From the NCBI GenBank assembly GCA_002010215.1, contig MTMY01000032.1:1-64000 (forward strand): a DNA stretch of 64,000 bases. Direction: 5' to 3'. Position numbers and translations under genes: made by a program. The stretch comes from Archaeoglobus sp. JdFR-37. GTDB taxonomy: Archaea; Halobacteriota; Archaeoglobi; Archaeoglobales; Archaeoglobaceae. Of this stretch, positions 39,884 to 50,299 are shown in pieces. The first letter of the stretch is position 1, and each line of letters starts with the position of its first letter. A model generated the notes under the pieces. The model did not search any database. It worked only from the letters and a program-made list of their open reading frames with translations, and was not told where the DNA came from.

Positions 39884-41533
39884 ATGAAAGAAGACGACAG
39901 ATACGATGACTTTTATGAGAGTAAACCCTGGCTCAAGTTCTACGATGATGGTGTCCCTGAGAGCATAGAGTATCCAGATATTAATGCCTTCGAACTTTTG
40001 AGTGGTACTGCCAGCAAAATGCCCGGTAAAACAGCTTTGGTATATCACGGGAAAGAAGTGAAGTATGGCGAACTGCTGAGATATTCTGAAAACCTTGCCT
40101 CCTACCTCTACTCTACTTTGGGTGAAGAAGAGAAAGTTATGCTCGTCCTTCCGAACTCGCCGCAATACGTAATCGGGTACTATGCCATTTTAAGAGCGAA
40201 CTGCATTGTTGTTCCAGATAACCCCCTGTCAACTGAGGCAGAAATGACATATAAAGTGAAAGATGCTGGTGTGAAGGCCGTCATAACCCTCGATATATTC
40301 TACCCAAAAGTAAGGAAGGTCTGTGAAGAACTTGGAGTGGAAAACATAATTGTGAGCAAAGCTCAGGACTTCGTTCTGCCACCATCCGACGAGAGGCTGG
40401 AGCATCCGAAATTCACCGATTTGATAAACCAATCCGGAGACCTTCCAAGTCTTAATAGGGAAGTAAACAAGACTGCCGCTTTACTCTACACCGGTGGAAC
40501 CACTGGTGTGCCTAAAGGTGTTGAGCTTACTCACTACAACATCGTTGTTAACGCCTATCAGGTTCGCTCATGGATTGATGTTAACAAAAATGATAGAGTT
40601 GTGGCTGCTCTTCCACTTTTCCACGGCTACGGCATGAGTGTTCTGATGAACTGCACAATACTTTCGGGAGGGAGTGCTATTCTTATGCCCCGCTTCAGTC
40701 CAGAAGACTTTCTCAAAATAGTAGAAACATACAGACCGACGATTTTTGCAGGCGTCCCGACAATGTACATAGCACTGCTCAACTATCCAGATTTGAAAAA
40801 GTATGACCTCTCGTGCTTCAGAGGGTGTTTTGTCGGTGCCGCTCCTCTTCCTTTAGAAGTCAAGAGAAGATGGGAGGAGGTGACGAAAGCAACACTAATG
40901 GAAGGATACGGGCTTACTGAGGCCGTTACTGCCCAGTGCTGCAACCCCTTGAAAGGTGTGAACAAAGAGGGGAGCATAGGAGTTCCATTCCCCGATGTGA
41001 TTTTCAAAATCGTTGACATAGAAACCGGAACAAAAGCAATGCCTGTAGGGGAGCCAGGAGAACTGATAATCAAGAGTCCTTCGGTGATGAAAGGATACTA
41101 CAATAGAGAGGAAGAGACAAAAAGTGTCATAAGGAATGGCTGGCTTTACACTGGAGATATAGCATATATGGATGAAGATGGATTCTTCTATATCGTGGAA
41201 AGGAAGAAAGACCTTATCATAGTCGGCGGATTCAACGTATATCCAAAAGAGGTGGAAGATGTTCTTTACAAGCATCCAAAAGTCATGGAAGCTGCCGTTG
41301 TGGGCGTTCCAGACGAATATCGGGGGGAAGTTGTAAAAGCATTCGTGGTTCTTAAACATGGAGTGGAGGAAACGGAGCAGACAAAGCAAGAGATAATAGA
41401 ATTCTGCTCGAAATACCTTTCTAAATACAAGGTGCCAAAGTATGTGGAATTCAAAAAATCCTTACCAAAGAGCCCCATAGGGAAGATTTTAAGAAGGGCT
41501 TTGAGGGAAGAGACTCCAGGGGGAATGAGATGA
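39884..41533 (+). CDS. Long-chain fatty acid/aryl-CoA ligase (FadD-like)
   Basis: YTGGTTGVPKG, EGYGLTE, GWLYTGD, RKKDLI, PKSPIGKI. Confidence 0.92.
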   Translation: MKEDDRYDDFYESKPWLKFYDDGVPESIEYPDINAFELLSGTASKMPGKTALVYHGKEVKYGELLRYSENLASYLYSTLGEEEKVMLVLPNSPQYVIGYYAILRANCIVVPDNPLSTEAEMTYKVKDAGVKAVITLDIFYPKVRKVCEELGVENIIVSKAQDFVLPPSDERLEHPKFTDLINQSGDLPSLNREVNKTAALLYTGGTTGVPKGVELTHYNIVVNAYQVRSWIDVNKNDRVVAALPLFHGYGMSVLMNCTILSGGSAILMPRFSPEDFLKIVETYRPTIFAGVPTMYIALLNYPDLKKYDLSCFRGCFVGAAPLPLEVKRRWEEVTKATLMEGYGLTEAVTAQCCNPLKGVNKEGSIGVPFPDVIFKIVDIETGTKAMPVGEPGELIIKSPSVMKGYYNREEETKSVIRNGWLYTGDIAYMDEDGFFYIVERKKDLIIVGGFNVYPKEVEDVLYKHPKVMEAAVVGVPDEYRGEVVKAFVVLKHGVEETEQTKQEIIEFCSKYLSKYKVPKYVEFKKSLPKSPIGKILRRALREETPGGMR

Positions 41534-42543
41534 GAAGGGTGGGTTATTTCTGCACATTCACACCGAAGGAGTTGATAAAAGCTGCTGGTTTCACGCCAGT
41601 CAGAATTCTTACTGGAAATCAGCATGTAAGCCTTGCAAATGCACACCTGCAGAATTACTGCTGCTCGCAGGTCAGAGGAAGCCTTGAGAGACTTTTGAGA
41701 GGCGAGCTGGATATAGATGCTGCGGTTTTCACCAGAACATGCGATTCTCTAATGCGTCTTGCAGATATATGGGAGAGAAACTCCAACATGCTAGTCCACA
41801 ACTTGGAATTCCCCACAAAAATTGATGGGCGAAGCAGAGAGTTCCTAATCCGAGAGCTTTATGATTTCAAAAGCAAGCTTGAAGAGTGGAGAGGGAAGGA
41901 AATAACGTCTGAAGACCTTAAAAGCAGCATTGAGCTGTATTCCTACCTGGAAGGCCTTCTTGATGAAATATTCCGAATAAAGCCTGACTACGAGTTAATT
42001 CTCAGAGCACAGACCGAGGATGCTGAAGAAGTGCTGAGAGAGGCTGAAAAAAAGGTGAGAGAACTGAGAGATCTGAAAGGTGAGAGAGGCGAGCAGAAGG
42101 ATGCCAGAGTCCTCGTAACTGGAAGCGTGTGCCCTGCTGTTGACGTTCTGAGTCTGATAGAGGAGGCAGGTTTTTCAATTGTGGATGACTTGTGCACAGG
42201 AACCAGATTCTTCAAATCGGATGTTGAGAGCCGAGATGTGAACAGCATGGAGGAAGCTATGGAATTTCTGGCTGAGAAGTACCTCAGAAAGGCTCCATGC
42301 CCCACGAAGAGCTATGACGGTGATTGGAGGTTCAAGTATATCCTTGAAAGAGTTAAGGAAGTTGATGCGGTTATCTTCCTCCTCCTGAAGTTCTGCGAAC
42401 CCCACTTCTTCGACTACCCTCAACTCAAGAAGGAGCTTGAAAAAATGGGTAAGAAGACTCTGTTGCTTGAACTGGAGTTCCCCATAGTCTCCTATGAACA
42501 GCTCAAAACCAGGCTTGAGGCATTTTACGAGATGGTGGTTTGA
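41530..42543 (+). CDS. 2-hydroxyacyl-CoA dehydratase / benzoyl-CoA reductase family subunit (HgdB/BzdN-like)
   Basis: GYFCTFTPKELI.AAG, TCD, DDLCTGTR, KFCEPH.FDYP, TRLEAF.EM. Confidence 0.85.
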   Translation: MRRVGYFCTFTPKELIKAAGFTPVRILTGNQHVSLANAHLQNYCCSQVRGSLERLLRGELDIDAAVFTRTCDSLMRLADIWERNSNMLVHNLEFPTKIDGRSREFLIRELYDFKSKLEEWRGKEITSEDLKSSIELYSYLEGLLDEIFRIKPDYELILRAQTEDAEEVLREAEKKVRELRDLKGERGEQKDARVLVTGSVCPAVDVLSLIEEAGFSIVDDLCTGTRFFKSDVESRDVNSMEEAMEFLAEKYLRKAPCPTKSYDGDWRFKYILERVKEVDAVIFLLLKFCEPHFFDYPQLKKELEKMGKKTLLLELEFPIVSYEQLKTRLEAFYEMVV

Positions 42544-42579
42544 TATGTGGGACAAGCAGGTGATTTGACGGGTGATTTT

Positions 42580-43764
42580 ATGAGCAGGATAAAGAAGCTG
42601 AAAGCAACATCGAAGATGCGGGAAATAATGCTGGCATACTACATGCAGGGGAAGCAGGCTGAGGAAGTTTCATGGGTTACAAGCGGGGCTCCGGTGGAAT
42701 TTCTTTATGCCATGGATGTGTATCCCATATATCCAGAAAATCACGCTGCATTAATTGGAGCAACGAAGATGGGTCCCAATTTTTCCCAGATTGCCGAAAA
42801 TGAAGGCTTCTCTCAGGATCTCTGCTCTTATGCAAGATGTGACATAGGTTCGGCGATGGTGGGAAGCAGCCCCATTGGCGGTCTACCCAAACCCAATTTT
42901 CTCTTATGCTGCAACAACATATGCAATACTGTCGTGAAATGGTATGAGGTTCTCAGCAGAATGTTCAAAGTGCCTCTGTTCATTCTGGATGTCCCCTTTG
43001 TCAGGAAAGAGCTGAGGGAGAGCTATGTCAACTATGTGGAGGAGCAACTGTACGACTTCATCAGGTTTCTGGAAAAAGTGACAGGAGAGGAATTTGATGA
43101 ATCCAGATTCAGAGAAGTAATTTCCCTCTCAATTCAAGGCGTCAATGCCTACAGAGATGTGCTCCTCATGGGCAGACATAAGCCATCTCCGCTGACATGC
43201 TTCGATGCATTTCTGAATATGGCCCCCATCGTATGCTTGAGGGGGACAGAGACTCCAATAGGTTTTTACGGGGAGTTGAAGGAGGAGCTGGAAGAAAGGG
43301 TGAAAAATGGAGTTGGAGCTGTTGACAATGAAGAGATAAGGCTGCTCTGGGACAACATACCAATATGGTACGAACTGAAGCGACTTTCCGAGTTCTTCAT
43401 AGACCACAACGCATGCCTGGTTGCGGACACCTACACCAACGCCTGGACAGGGATACTGAGGCTGGAAAACAAATCAGACCCCATAAGGAGCCTTGCAGAG
43501 ACCTATACCTTCATCTATCTGAACTTGGGTCTTGAGCTGATGGCCGAAGCCATAAACAGGCTTATTGATGTCTATGACGTGGATGGAGTTGTTATTCACA
43601 GCAACAGGAGCTGCAAGCCCTATTCCTTCGGACAGTATGAGATTCAGAAAATGATTGATGTCCCCTCAGTGGTTATAGAGGCTGACATGACCGATTCCAG
43701 AGTGTTCTCAATGGCACAAGTTGAGACTAGGCTTGAGGCGTTTCTTGAGAGGCTTAAGAGTTGA
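42580..43764 (+). CDS. 2-hydroxyacyl-CoA dehydratase / benzoyl-CoA reductase family subunit (HgdA/BzdO-like)
   Basis: YPENHAA, DLCSYAR, NNICNTVVKWYE, SCKP, TRLEAF. ATG at 42580. Confidence 0.85.
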   Translation: MSRIKKLKATSKMREIMLAYYMQGKQAEEVSWVTSGAPVEFLYAMDVYPIYPENHAALIGATKMGPNFSQIAENEGFSQDLCSYARCDIGSAMVGSSPIGGLPKPNFLLCCNNICNTVVKWYEVLSRMFKVPLFILDVPFVRKELRESYVNYVEEQLYDFIRFLEKVTGEEFDESRFREVISLSIQGVNAYRDVLLMGRHKPSPLTCFDAFLNMAPIVCLRGTETPIGFYGELKEELEERVKNGVGAVDNEEIRLLWDNIPIWYELKRLSEFFIDHNACLVADTYTNAWTGILRLENKSDPIRSLAETYTFIYLNLGLELMAEAINRLIDVYDVDGVVIHSNRSCKPYSFGQYEIQKMIDVPSVVIEADMTDSRVFSMAQVETRLEAFLERLKS

Positions 43765-43884
43765 TTCAATTTATTACCGTCTTGCCCTCAGAATAAAAAA
43801 TCTGTTGATAAAATGACCAGATAGACGTGATGTTTTTCAGAAAGTAGATGTAAAATTTTAATAATTTACCGTTAAAACTCATCC

Positions 43885-44778
43885 ATGGTTGAAGAGGTGG
43901 CTGAGAAAGTCTATCATGTTGACGTCCTAGAAGGCATTGAGAACGGTATTGTTTCTGCATACATTCTCGATTTTGATGATGTTGCCATAATAGACCCTGG
44001 ACCGGCTGCGGGCTACAAAAACATTCTGAAGGCTCTGGATGAGCTGGAGATTGAAAAGAGGAGAGTGAAATACCTAGTTGCAACACATATTCACATAGAC
44101 CACTCAGGTAACTGTGGGCACCTCGTCAAAGAGCTGCCTGAGGCAAAGGTTATTGTCCATCCCAAAGGAGCAAAGCATCTGATTGACCCGGAAAGGTTAT
44201 GGGTGTCTTCTAAGAGCGTTTTGGGGCCAATAGCAGATCTTTACGAAAAACCCTTGCCCGTTCCGGAAAGCAGGGTCATGAAAGTGGAAGATATGGAGAG
44301 AATAGATCTCGGTGGAGACGTGCTGCTATGCATGCATGCTCCAGGACACACAGCTCATCACGTTGCATACTATCTTGAGAGTTCAAAGATACTCTTTCCA
44401 AGCGATGCTGCAGGAGTTTACACCCATAAAACCCTATTGCCAGCAACACCTCCTCCCTTCGAGCTGGATCAGGCTTTGAAGTCGCTGGAGAAGCTCATGG
44501 AACTGGATGTGAAATTCGTTGCCTTCACCCATTTCGGTGCAGCGGAGAACGGGAAGCTGCTGAAAAGAGCCTACGACAAGCTTGTCAGATGGGCCAAGAT
44601 TGCTGAGGAGGTTGTGAAGGAAGGTGGCGACCACTCGGACATGTTCAAAAGGCTGATGAATGAGGATGAGGACGTTAAAGGGCTGGCAGAGAAATATCAG
44701 GGGAGTGACACCGCCCTGGGGCATGTTCTTGTTAATATCTTTGGCATGCTGGATTACGTCAGAAGAAAGCAGACGTAG
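43885..44778 (+). CDS. MBL-fold metallo-hydrolase
   Basis: THIHIDHSG, PGH..HH, D, THFG. Confidence 0.88.
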   Translation: MVEEVAEKVYHVDVLEGIENGIVSAYILDFDDVAIIDPGPAAGYKNILKALDELEIEKRRVKYLVATHIHIDHSGNCGHLVKELPEAKVIVHPKGAKHLIDPERLWVSSKSVLGPIADLYEKPLPVPESRVMKVEDMERIDLGGDVLLCMHAPGHTAHHVAYYLESSKILFPSDAAGVYTHKTLLPATPPPFELDQALKSLEKLMELDVKFVAFTHFGAAENGKLLKRAYDKLVRWAKIAEEVVKEGGDHSDMFKRLMNEDEDVKGLAEKYQGSDTALGHVLVNIFGMLDYVRRKQT

Positions 44779-44967
44779 ATTTTTTTCCTCGGACCGGAGA
44801 AATCATAATGGCTGAATTGCAGATTGTGCAACAAGCGCCTATAACTGTACCTGTAACTGCACGAACCCCTTCTATTTTTGTCTGGTAGGATAAAATATAA
44901 GGATAAGCATAACGCCATACCTACATTTTTCAGGAAAACTTAAATCAAAAATCATGGAAATAATGAT

Positions 44968-46920
44968 ATGAAAGTTCTTGTTGTCGGTGCGGGAACAATG
45001 GGCCATGGCATTGCTGAAGTGTGTGCTCTGGCTGGCTACGACGTTTTGATCACAGATATAAGCGAAGACGCCCTTAAGAATGCTGTCACAAAAATATCCT
45101 GGAGCGTGAAGAAGCTCGAGCAGAAGGGGAAGGTTAAGAGCTCAGATGAAGTTCTGGGCAGAATAAAAACATCAACCGACTTGGCAAACTCTGCTAAAGA
45201 AGTTGACTTCGTAATCGAAGCAGTTGTTGAAAGAACTGACGTGAAAAAGGAGGTATTCAAAACCCTCGACGAAAATTGCAAAAGCGATGTTATACTCTCA
45301 ACCAACACCTCCACAATCCCCATAACTGAGATTGGCCAAGCCACCAGCAGACCAGATAAAGTTGTTGGTCTGCACTTCTTCAATCCTCCCACCCTCATCA
45401 GGCTGGTTGAGATAATAAGGGGAGCGCAGACGAGTGATGAAACCATCAGAAAAACAATAGAATTTGCAAAATCCATAGCCATGGATTACGTTCTGGTGGA
45501 GAAAGACGTGCCAGGTTTCCTGATCAACAGAATAAACATTAGAGTTTTCGTAGAGGCAATGAGGCTCCTTGAAGAAGGATATCGTCCCGAAGAAATAGAC
45601 GCTGCTGTAAGATACAGAGCAGGCCTGCCCATGGGAATATTTGAGGTTGCAGACTTCAGCGGCGTGGACATAATCTACAGCGTGCTTAAGGAAGTTAGAG
45701 AGAGGGGTTTTGCCGTTGAAATGCCTGAAATCCTAGAGGAAATGGTAGAGGAAGGTAAACTGGGAATGAAGGCTGGCAGGGGGTTTTACGAGTACAAGGG
45801 CTTTTACGAGAGGGTTAAGATACCCAAAGAGCTCGCGTATCGCATAAGCCCCCTTCAGATACTTGCCCCTGGCATCAACGAAGCTGCCTGGCTCCTGAGA
45901 AATGGAATTGCGACGAAGGAAGACATTGATAAAGCCACAGTGAAGGGGATGGGTTACCCCAAGGGAATTTTGAAGATTGCCGATGCTTACGGAATAGACA
46001 AGGTTGTAGCGACGCTTAACATCAGAAAAAACCAGAAAAAGCTGGATGAGTACGAGCCGGACCCACTGCTTCAGGAGATAGTCAAGGCTGGAAAGCTGGG
46101 AAAGAAGAGCGGTGAGGGCTTCTATCAGTGGAACCATGAGCTGGTTGACTTCGGGCCGGTGAGATACGAGAAGAGGCATGACCACGCTATTATCACAATG
46201 CGAAGGCCGGAGAAATTGAATGCACTGAATGAAGAGATGTGGATTGGCCTCAACAAAGCCTTTCTGAAGGCTCAGGAAGATGAGGACGTCAGAGCAGTTA
46301 TCATAACTGGAGAAGGCAGGGCTTTCTGCGCCGGAGATGACATCGCAGTCATGGGCTCCTGGAAGAGTCTAAAAGACGGCATAGACTTCTTTGAAAAGAT
46401 TGCCATGCCTCTCGTTTACACCCTAGCATACTATGAGAAGCCCATAATATCTCTTGTGAACGGAAACGCCTTTGGCGGAGGCATGGAGCTTAACATGTTC
46501 TTTGATATAGTGATTGCAAGCGAAGACGCAACCTTCTCCATTCCTGAAGGGTTGATAGGAGCTTTTCCGCCCATCGCATCCTCTCTCGGCTACGCAATCT
46601 TTGGTAGAAAAATTGCGAGATACGCGCTGACAGGAGATGTGATGAGTGCCGAGGAGGCAAAAGAATTCGGACTTGTGGATCTGATCGTCCCCAAAGATAT
46701 GCTGCTGGAAGTGGGTATGGAGTACACTGACAGAATCTGCCAAGTAGCACCTCTTTCTGCAAAGGCCGTAAAAAGGTCCATGAATGCTATCAGAGAGATT
46801 TTCAGGAATGCCATGGACATTGCAGCAAGGGAAATTGAGCTGCTCATACCAACAGAAGACTTTGCTGAAGGTATGAAAGCCTTTGTCCAGCGAAGAAGGC
46901 CGGAATGGAAGGGGAGATGA
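44968..46920 (+). CDS. 3-hydroxyacyl-CoA dehydrogenase / enoyl-CoA hydratase fusion
   Basis: GAGTMGHG, STNTS, GLHFFNP, duplicated dimerisation domain, C-terminal crotonase AFCAGDD/GGGMEL/PE. Confidence 0.93.
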   Translation: MKVLVVGAGTMGHGIAEVCALAGYDVLITDISEDALKNAVTKISWSVKKLEQKGKVKSSDEVLGRIKTSTDLANSAKEVDFVIEAVVERTDVKKEVFKTLDENCKSDVILSTNTSTIPITEIGQATSRPDKVVGLHFFNPPTLIRLVEIIRGAQTSDETIRKTIEFAKSIAMDYVLVEKDVPGFLINRINIRVFVEAMRLLEEGYRPEEIDAAVRYRAGLPMGIFEVADFSGVDIIYSVLKEVRERGFAVEMPEILEEMVEEGKLGMKAGRGFYEYKGFYERVKIPKELAYRISPLQILAPGINEAAWLLRNGIATKEDIDKATVKGMGYPKGILKIADAYGIDKVVATLNIRKNQKKLDEYEPDPLLQEIVKAGKLGKKSGEGFYQWNHELVDFGPVRYEKRHDHAIITMRRPEKLNALNEEMWIGLNKAFLKAQEDEDVRAVIITGEGRAFCAGDDIAVMGSWKSLKDGIDFFEKIAMPLVYTLAYYEKPIISLVNGNAFGGGMELNMFFDIVIASEDATFSIPEGLIGAFPPIASSLGYAIFGRKIARYALTGDVMSAEEAKEFGLVDLIVPKDMLLEVGMEYTDRICQVAPLSAKAVKRSMNAIREIFRNAMDIAAREIELLIPTEDFAEGMKAFVQRRRPEWKGR

Positions 46921-46923
46921 GAT

Positions 46924-48069
46924 ATGCAGCGCTTTCTTGATGAAGAGCACAGAATGCTCAGAAATGCAGTCAGGGAATTTGTAGAGAAGGAGCTGATGCC
47001 AGAGGCAAAGGAGCTAGATGAGAAAGGAGAATTTCCTTGGGATGTTTTCAGGAAGGCAGCGAAGCTGGGCTACATTGGAGCTTCACTCCCGGAAGAGTAT
47101 GGTGGAGCTGGAATGGACTATCTTTCAGAGGCAATAATAACAGAGGAGTTCATGCGTGCTGGCTCGCCGGGAGCAGTTGTAACTGCAACGCTGGGCTGTA
47201 TTCCGGTATTCTACTTCGGCACTCAGGAGCAGAAAGAGAAGTATTTGCCTGTCGTAACGTCAGGAAAGGGTGTCAGCGGTATTGCCATTACAGAGCCCAA
47301 CGCTGGCAGCGATGTTGCAGCCATCCAGACTTCAGCAGTGAAAAGAGATGGAAAGTGGGTGCTGAACGGCTCGAAAGAGTTCATAACAAATGGAAATATC
47401 GCTTCGTGGCTGGTCATTGCAGCAAAAACCGATAAGACTGCTCAGCCAGCCTACAAGGGCATATCAAATTTTATCCTCGAGCATCCTACTGAAGGATTTG
47501 CAGCGTCTCCAATCAGCAAGATGGGTATGCACTGCAGCCCGACGGCCAGTATAAGCCTTAAGGATGTTGAGGTGCCGGCAGAAAACCTGCTCGGTGCAGA
47601 AAACATGGGTTTCTACCAGATTGCCATGTTCTTCAACGTGAGTAGGGTTTTTACTGCTGCTGCAGCTCTCGGCTTGGCTCAGCGATGCTATGAGCTGGCT
47701 TTGGATTATGCAAAGCAGCGTGAGGCCTTTGGAAGGCCAATTGCAGCTTTCCAAGAGATTCAGTTCAAGCTAGCAAACATGTGGACAGAGATTCAGGCAG
47801 CCCGACTTCTCATCTGGCATACTGCAAAGCTCATTGACATGGGTCAGCCTGATGCTGCCTTCAGCAGCGCTGCTAAAGTCTATGCCACGGAGATTGCCAA
47901 TAGAGTTGCGTATGAGGCAGTCCAGATTCACGGAGGTTACGGCTATAGCAAGGAATACGATGTGGAGAGATATTACAGAGATGCAAGGATGTTCACGATA
48001 GTGGAAGGGACCAGCGAGATACAGAGGCTGATATTGGGGAGGTTTCTTACAGGCAGGCTGAAGTTTTAG
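46924..48069 (+). CDS. Acyl-CoA dehydrogenase
   Basis: ITEPNAGSDV, NGSKEFITNG, QIHGGYGY, IVEGTSEIQ. Confidence 0.93.
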   Translation: MQRFLDEEHRMLRNAVREFVEKELMPEAKELDEKGEFPWDVFRKAAKLGYIGASLPEEYGGAGMDYLSEAIITEEFMRAGSPGAVVTATLGCIPVFYFGTQEQKEKYLPVVTSGKGVSGIAITEPNAGSDVAAIQTSAVKRDGKWVLNGSKEFITNGNIASWLVIAAKTDKTAQPAYKGISNFILEHPTEGFAASPISKMGMHCSPTASISLKDVEVPAENLLGAENMGFYQIAMFFNVSRVFTAAAALGLAQRCYELALDYAKQREAFGRPIAAFQEIQFKLANMWTEIQAARLLIWHTAKLIDMGQPDAAFSSAAKVYATEIANRVAYEAVQIHGGYGYSKEYDVERYYRDARMFTIVEGTSEIQRLILGRFLTGRLKF

Positions 48070-48110
48070 ATTTATTTTACCCCTTTTTATTTCTTATTTC
48101 ACCTTAATCT

Positions 48111-48152
48111 TTATCTCGCCCACCCGGCCCCTCCTCCATCCTGGAGCTTCAG
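48111..48152 (-). repeat. Dispersed 42-bp element, copy 2
   Basis: Reverse complement matches 22092..22133 (blocks CTCCAGGATG and GGCCGGGTGGGCG at identical spacing). Confidence 0.7.
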
Positions 48153-48184
48153 ATGTCACCTCTAGAACAGCAAAAAACAAAAAA

Positions 48185-48500
48185 TCAGCCCAAAGGCACC
48201 CTTTTCAAGCCATGAACTCTGTCAAAATCCTGATTATCGGAAACGATTACTCCATCAACCGACAGAGCCGATGCGGCAATCAGGCTGTCAAAAAAGGACA
48301 AACCATGCTTCTCCTCTATCTCGGCCTGCCTGATGAACAGATTAATATCAATCGTATTCACAATTTTTACCTTATTTCTGGCAAGAATGTGGTCTATTGC
48401 TCTCATGGCATCTGCAACCTGACTGGGTGGTCTACCTCTAGCCCGCAACACCACCTGAAACTCAAATAAGGCTGTATCGGGAACCCGGAGACCCCGGATG
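48185..48500 (-). pseudogene. N-terminally truncated VapC/PIN toxin
   Basis: C-terminal PIN motifs HGLSFFDSLIAASA and IVSDNQDFDRV are present. The first PIN strand and Asp, a credible start and an antitoxin gene are missing. Confidence 0.7.
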
Positions 48501-48622
48501 TTCAGAGCTTTTAAACAAAAGCGACTCAGCAAACTTTATCTAATATTTAATCATTATGTTTTTGAGAAGAATTCTGGAGAAGAATTCTGGAAAACCTGTT
48601 AAGAAGAGGTGGTGAAAGATAG

Positions 48623-50263
48623 ATGATAGTAGGAAAATCTTCTACCATAAACGACGACTACCAGCTCAATGTGACCAGAATACTCCAGCATGCAGCAAAA
48701 GTTCATCCAAAGAGAGAGATAGCATCACGCTCCATCTTTGGCATCCATCGCTACAACTATGCTCAAGCCTACGAAAGAGTATGCGCCATTGCTAATGCCC
48801 TAGAAAAACTTGGCGTCAAGCCTGGGGATGTGGTAGCTCTTCTAGGCTTCAACACCCACAGGTTTTACGAAAGCTACTTTTCGATCCCCGGCTTAGGAGC
48901 AGTTCTGCTCCCACTGAACCTGCGCCTGCCGCCTCAGGACCTACTTTACATCCTGAAGCACAGTGAGGTGAAGGGGCTGTTGGTAGATGACTTCATGGTG
49001 CCCATTGCTGAAATGATTGCCCCACAGCACGATTTCAACTTCTTTGTGGTGATGAGCGAGAGAAAAAAGGTAGATACTAAGCTTGACCCAGTTTACAGCT
49101 ATGAGGAACTTGTTGAAGAGAATGAGAAGACGAGGGAATGGGATGAAGTGGATGAGAAGAGTGCAGCAACAGCCTGCTACACTTCAGGCACAACGGGGAA
49201 ACCTAAGGGCATCTACTTCTCCCACCGCTCCATATATCTACATGCTCTCACCGGGGCAGCATATCTGAGAATTGGACCTGAAGATTGCTACATGCAGATA
49301 GTGCCAATGTTCCATGCCAACGGCTGGGGTGGTCACATAGGCTCAACCATGGTGGGCTCCAAACTGGTATTTCCTGGCTTTTTCACGTTAGAAAACGTTG
49401 ATGTGCTGGTGGATCTCATCGTGAAGGAAAGCGTCACCGTAACCCACGCCGCCCCTGTCATCCTCATCCCCATGCTGGAGTACCTGAGGAAGCTCGATCC
49501 GAAACCAGACCTTACCGGGCTGAGGATAGGTTCTGGAGCATCAGAACCTCCGGTTGCCATGATGAAGGGCTTTGCAGAGTTCGGTGTTGAAATCATACAT
49601 GCCTATGGAGCCACAGAAACAAGTCCGCTCGTTACCCTGAACTTCATCAAGCCAGAGCTTCAGCTGAGTGAAGAAGAATACTGGGAGTACAAGAAGTATC
49701 AGGGGCTTCCTGTTCTGGGGGTAGAAGTAAAGGTGATGACTGGAGATAAGGAAGATAAGGAAGCTCCTTGGGACGGAAAGACCATGGGTGAGCTCTGGAT
49801 AAAAGGAATCTGGGTTACCAAGGAGTACTACAGAGACGAGAGGATGAAGGACAGCTTCGCAGATGGCTGGTGGAAGAGCGGTGACGTGGCGATGATAACT
49901 CCTGAAGGCTACGTAAAGATTGTAGACAGGGTCAAGGACGTGATAAAGAGCGGTGGAGAGTGGATTAGCAGCGTAGACCTTGAGAACACACTCATGGCTC
50001 ACCCTGCAGTGCTTGAAGCCTGTGTTATTGGCGTTGAGAACCCCAAGTGGCAGGAAAGGCCTCTGGCATTTGTTGTGCTGAAACCAAGCAAAGAGGCGAC
50101 GAAGGATGAGCTGATTGAGTTCCTGAAGCCAAGATTTGCCAAGTGGCAGCTGCCGGACGATATTCTTTTCGTGGACGAAATTCCCAAGACAAGTGTTGGA
50201 AAATTCGACAAGAGGGCTTTGAGAAACAAATACATGAGATATCTGATTGAAAAGTCCGATTAA
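48623..50263 (+). CDS. Medium/long-chain acyl-CoA ligase (AlkK/DmdB-like)
   Basis: YTSGTTGKPKG, PMFHANGWG, YGATETSP, IKSGGEWISS, PKTSVGKFDK. Confidence 0.92.
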   Translation: MIVGKSSTINDDYQLNVTRILQHAAKVHPKREIASRSIFGIHRYNYAQAYERVCAIANALEKLGVKPGDVVALLGFNTHRFYESYFSIPGLGAVLLPLNLRLPPQDLLYILKHSEVKGLLVDDFMVPIAEMIAPQHDFNFFVVMSERKKVDTKLDPVYSYEELVEENEKTREWDEVDEKSAATACYTSGTTGKPKGIYFSHRSIYLHALTGAAYLRIGPEDCYMQIVPMFHANGWGGHIGSTMVGSKLVFPGFFTLENVDVLVDLIVKESVTVTHAAPVILIPMLEYLRKLDPKPDLTGLRIGSGASEPPVAMMKGFAEFGVEIIHAYGATETSPLVTLNFIKPELQLSEEEYWEYKKYQGLPVLGVEVKVMTGDKEDKEAPWDGKTMGELWIKGIWVTKEYYRDERMKDSFADGWWKSGDVAMITPEGYVKIVDRVKDVIKSGGEWISSVDLENTLMAHPAVLEACVIGVENPKWQERPLAFVVLKPSKEATKDELIEFLKPRFAKWQLPDDILFVDEIPKTSVGKFDKRALRNKYMRYLIEKSD

Positions 50264-50299
50264 GAGCCAAAAAGAACCGAACAACGAGGAGGTGATATT

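Noticed and set aside
43766..43785. 18/20 match to 53725-53744 (TCAATTT.T.ACCGTCTTGC)
   Set aside because: Short and AT-rich, so compatible with chance; no third copy seen.
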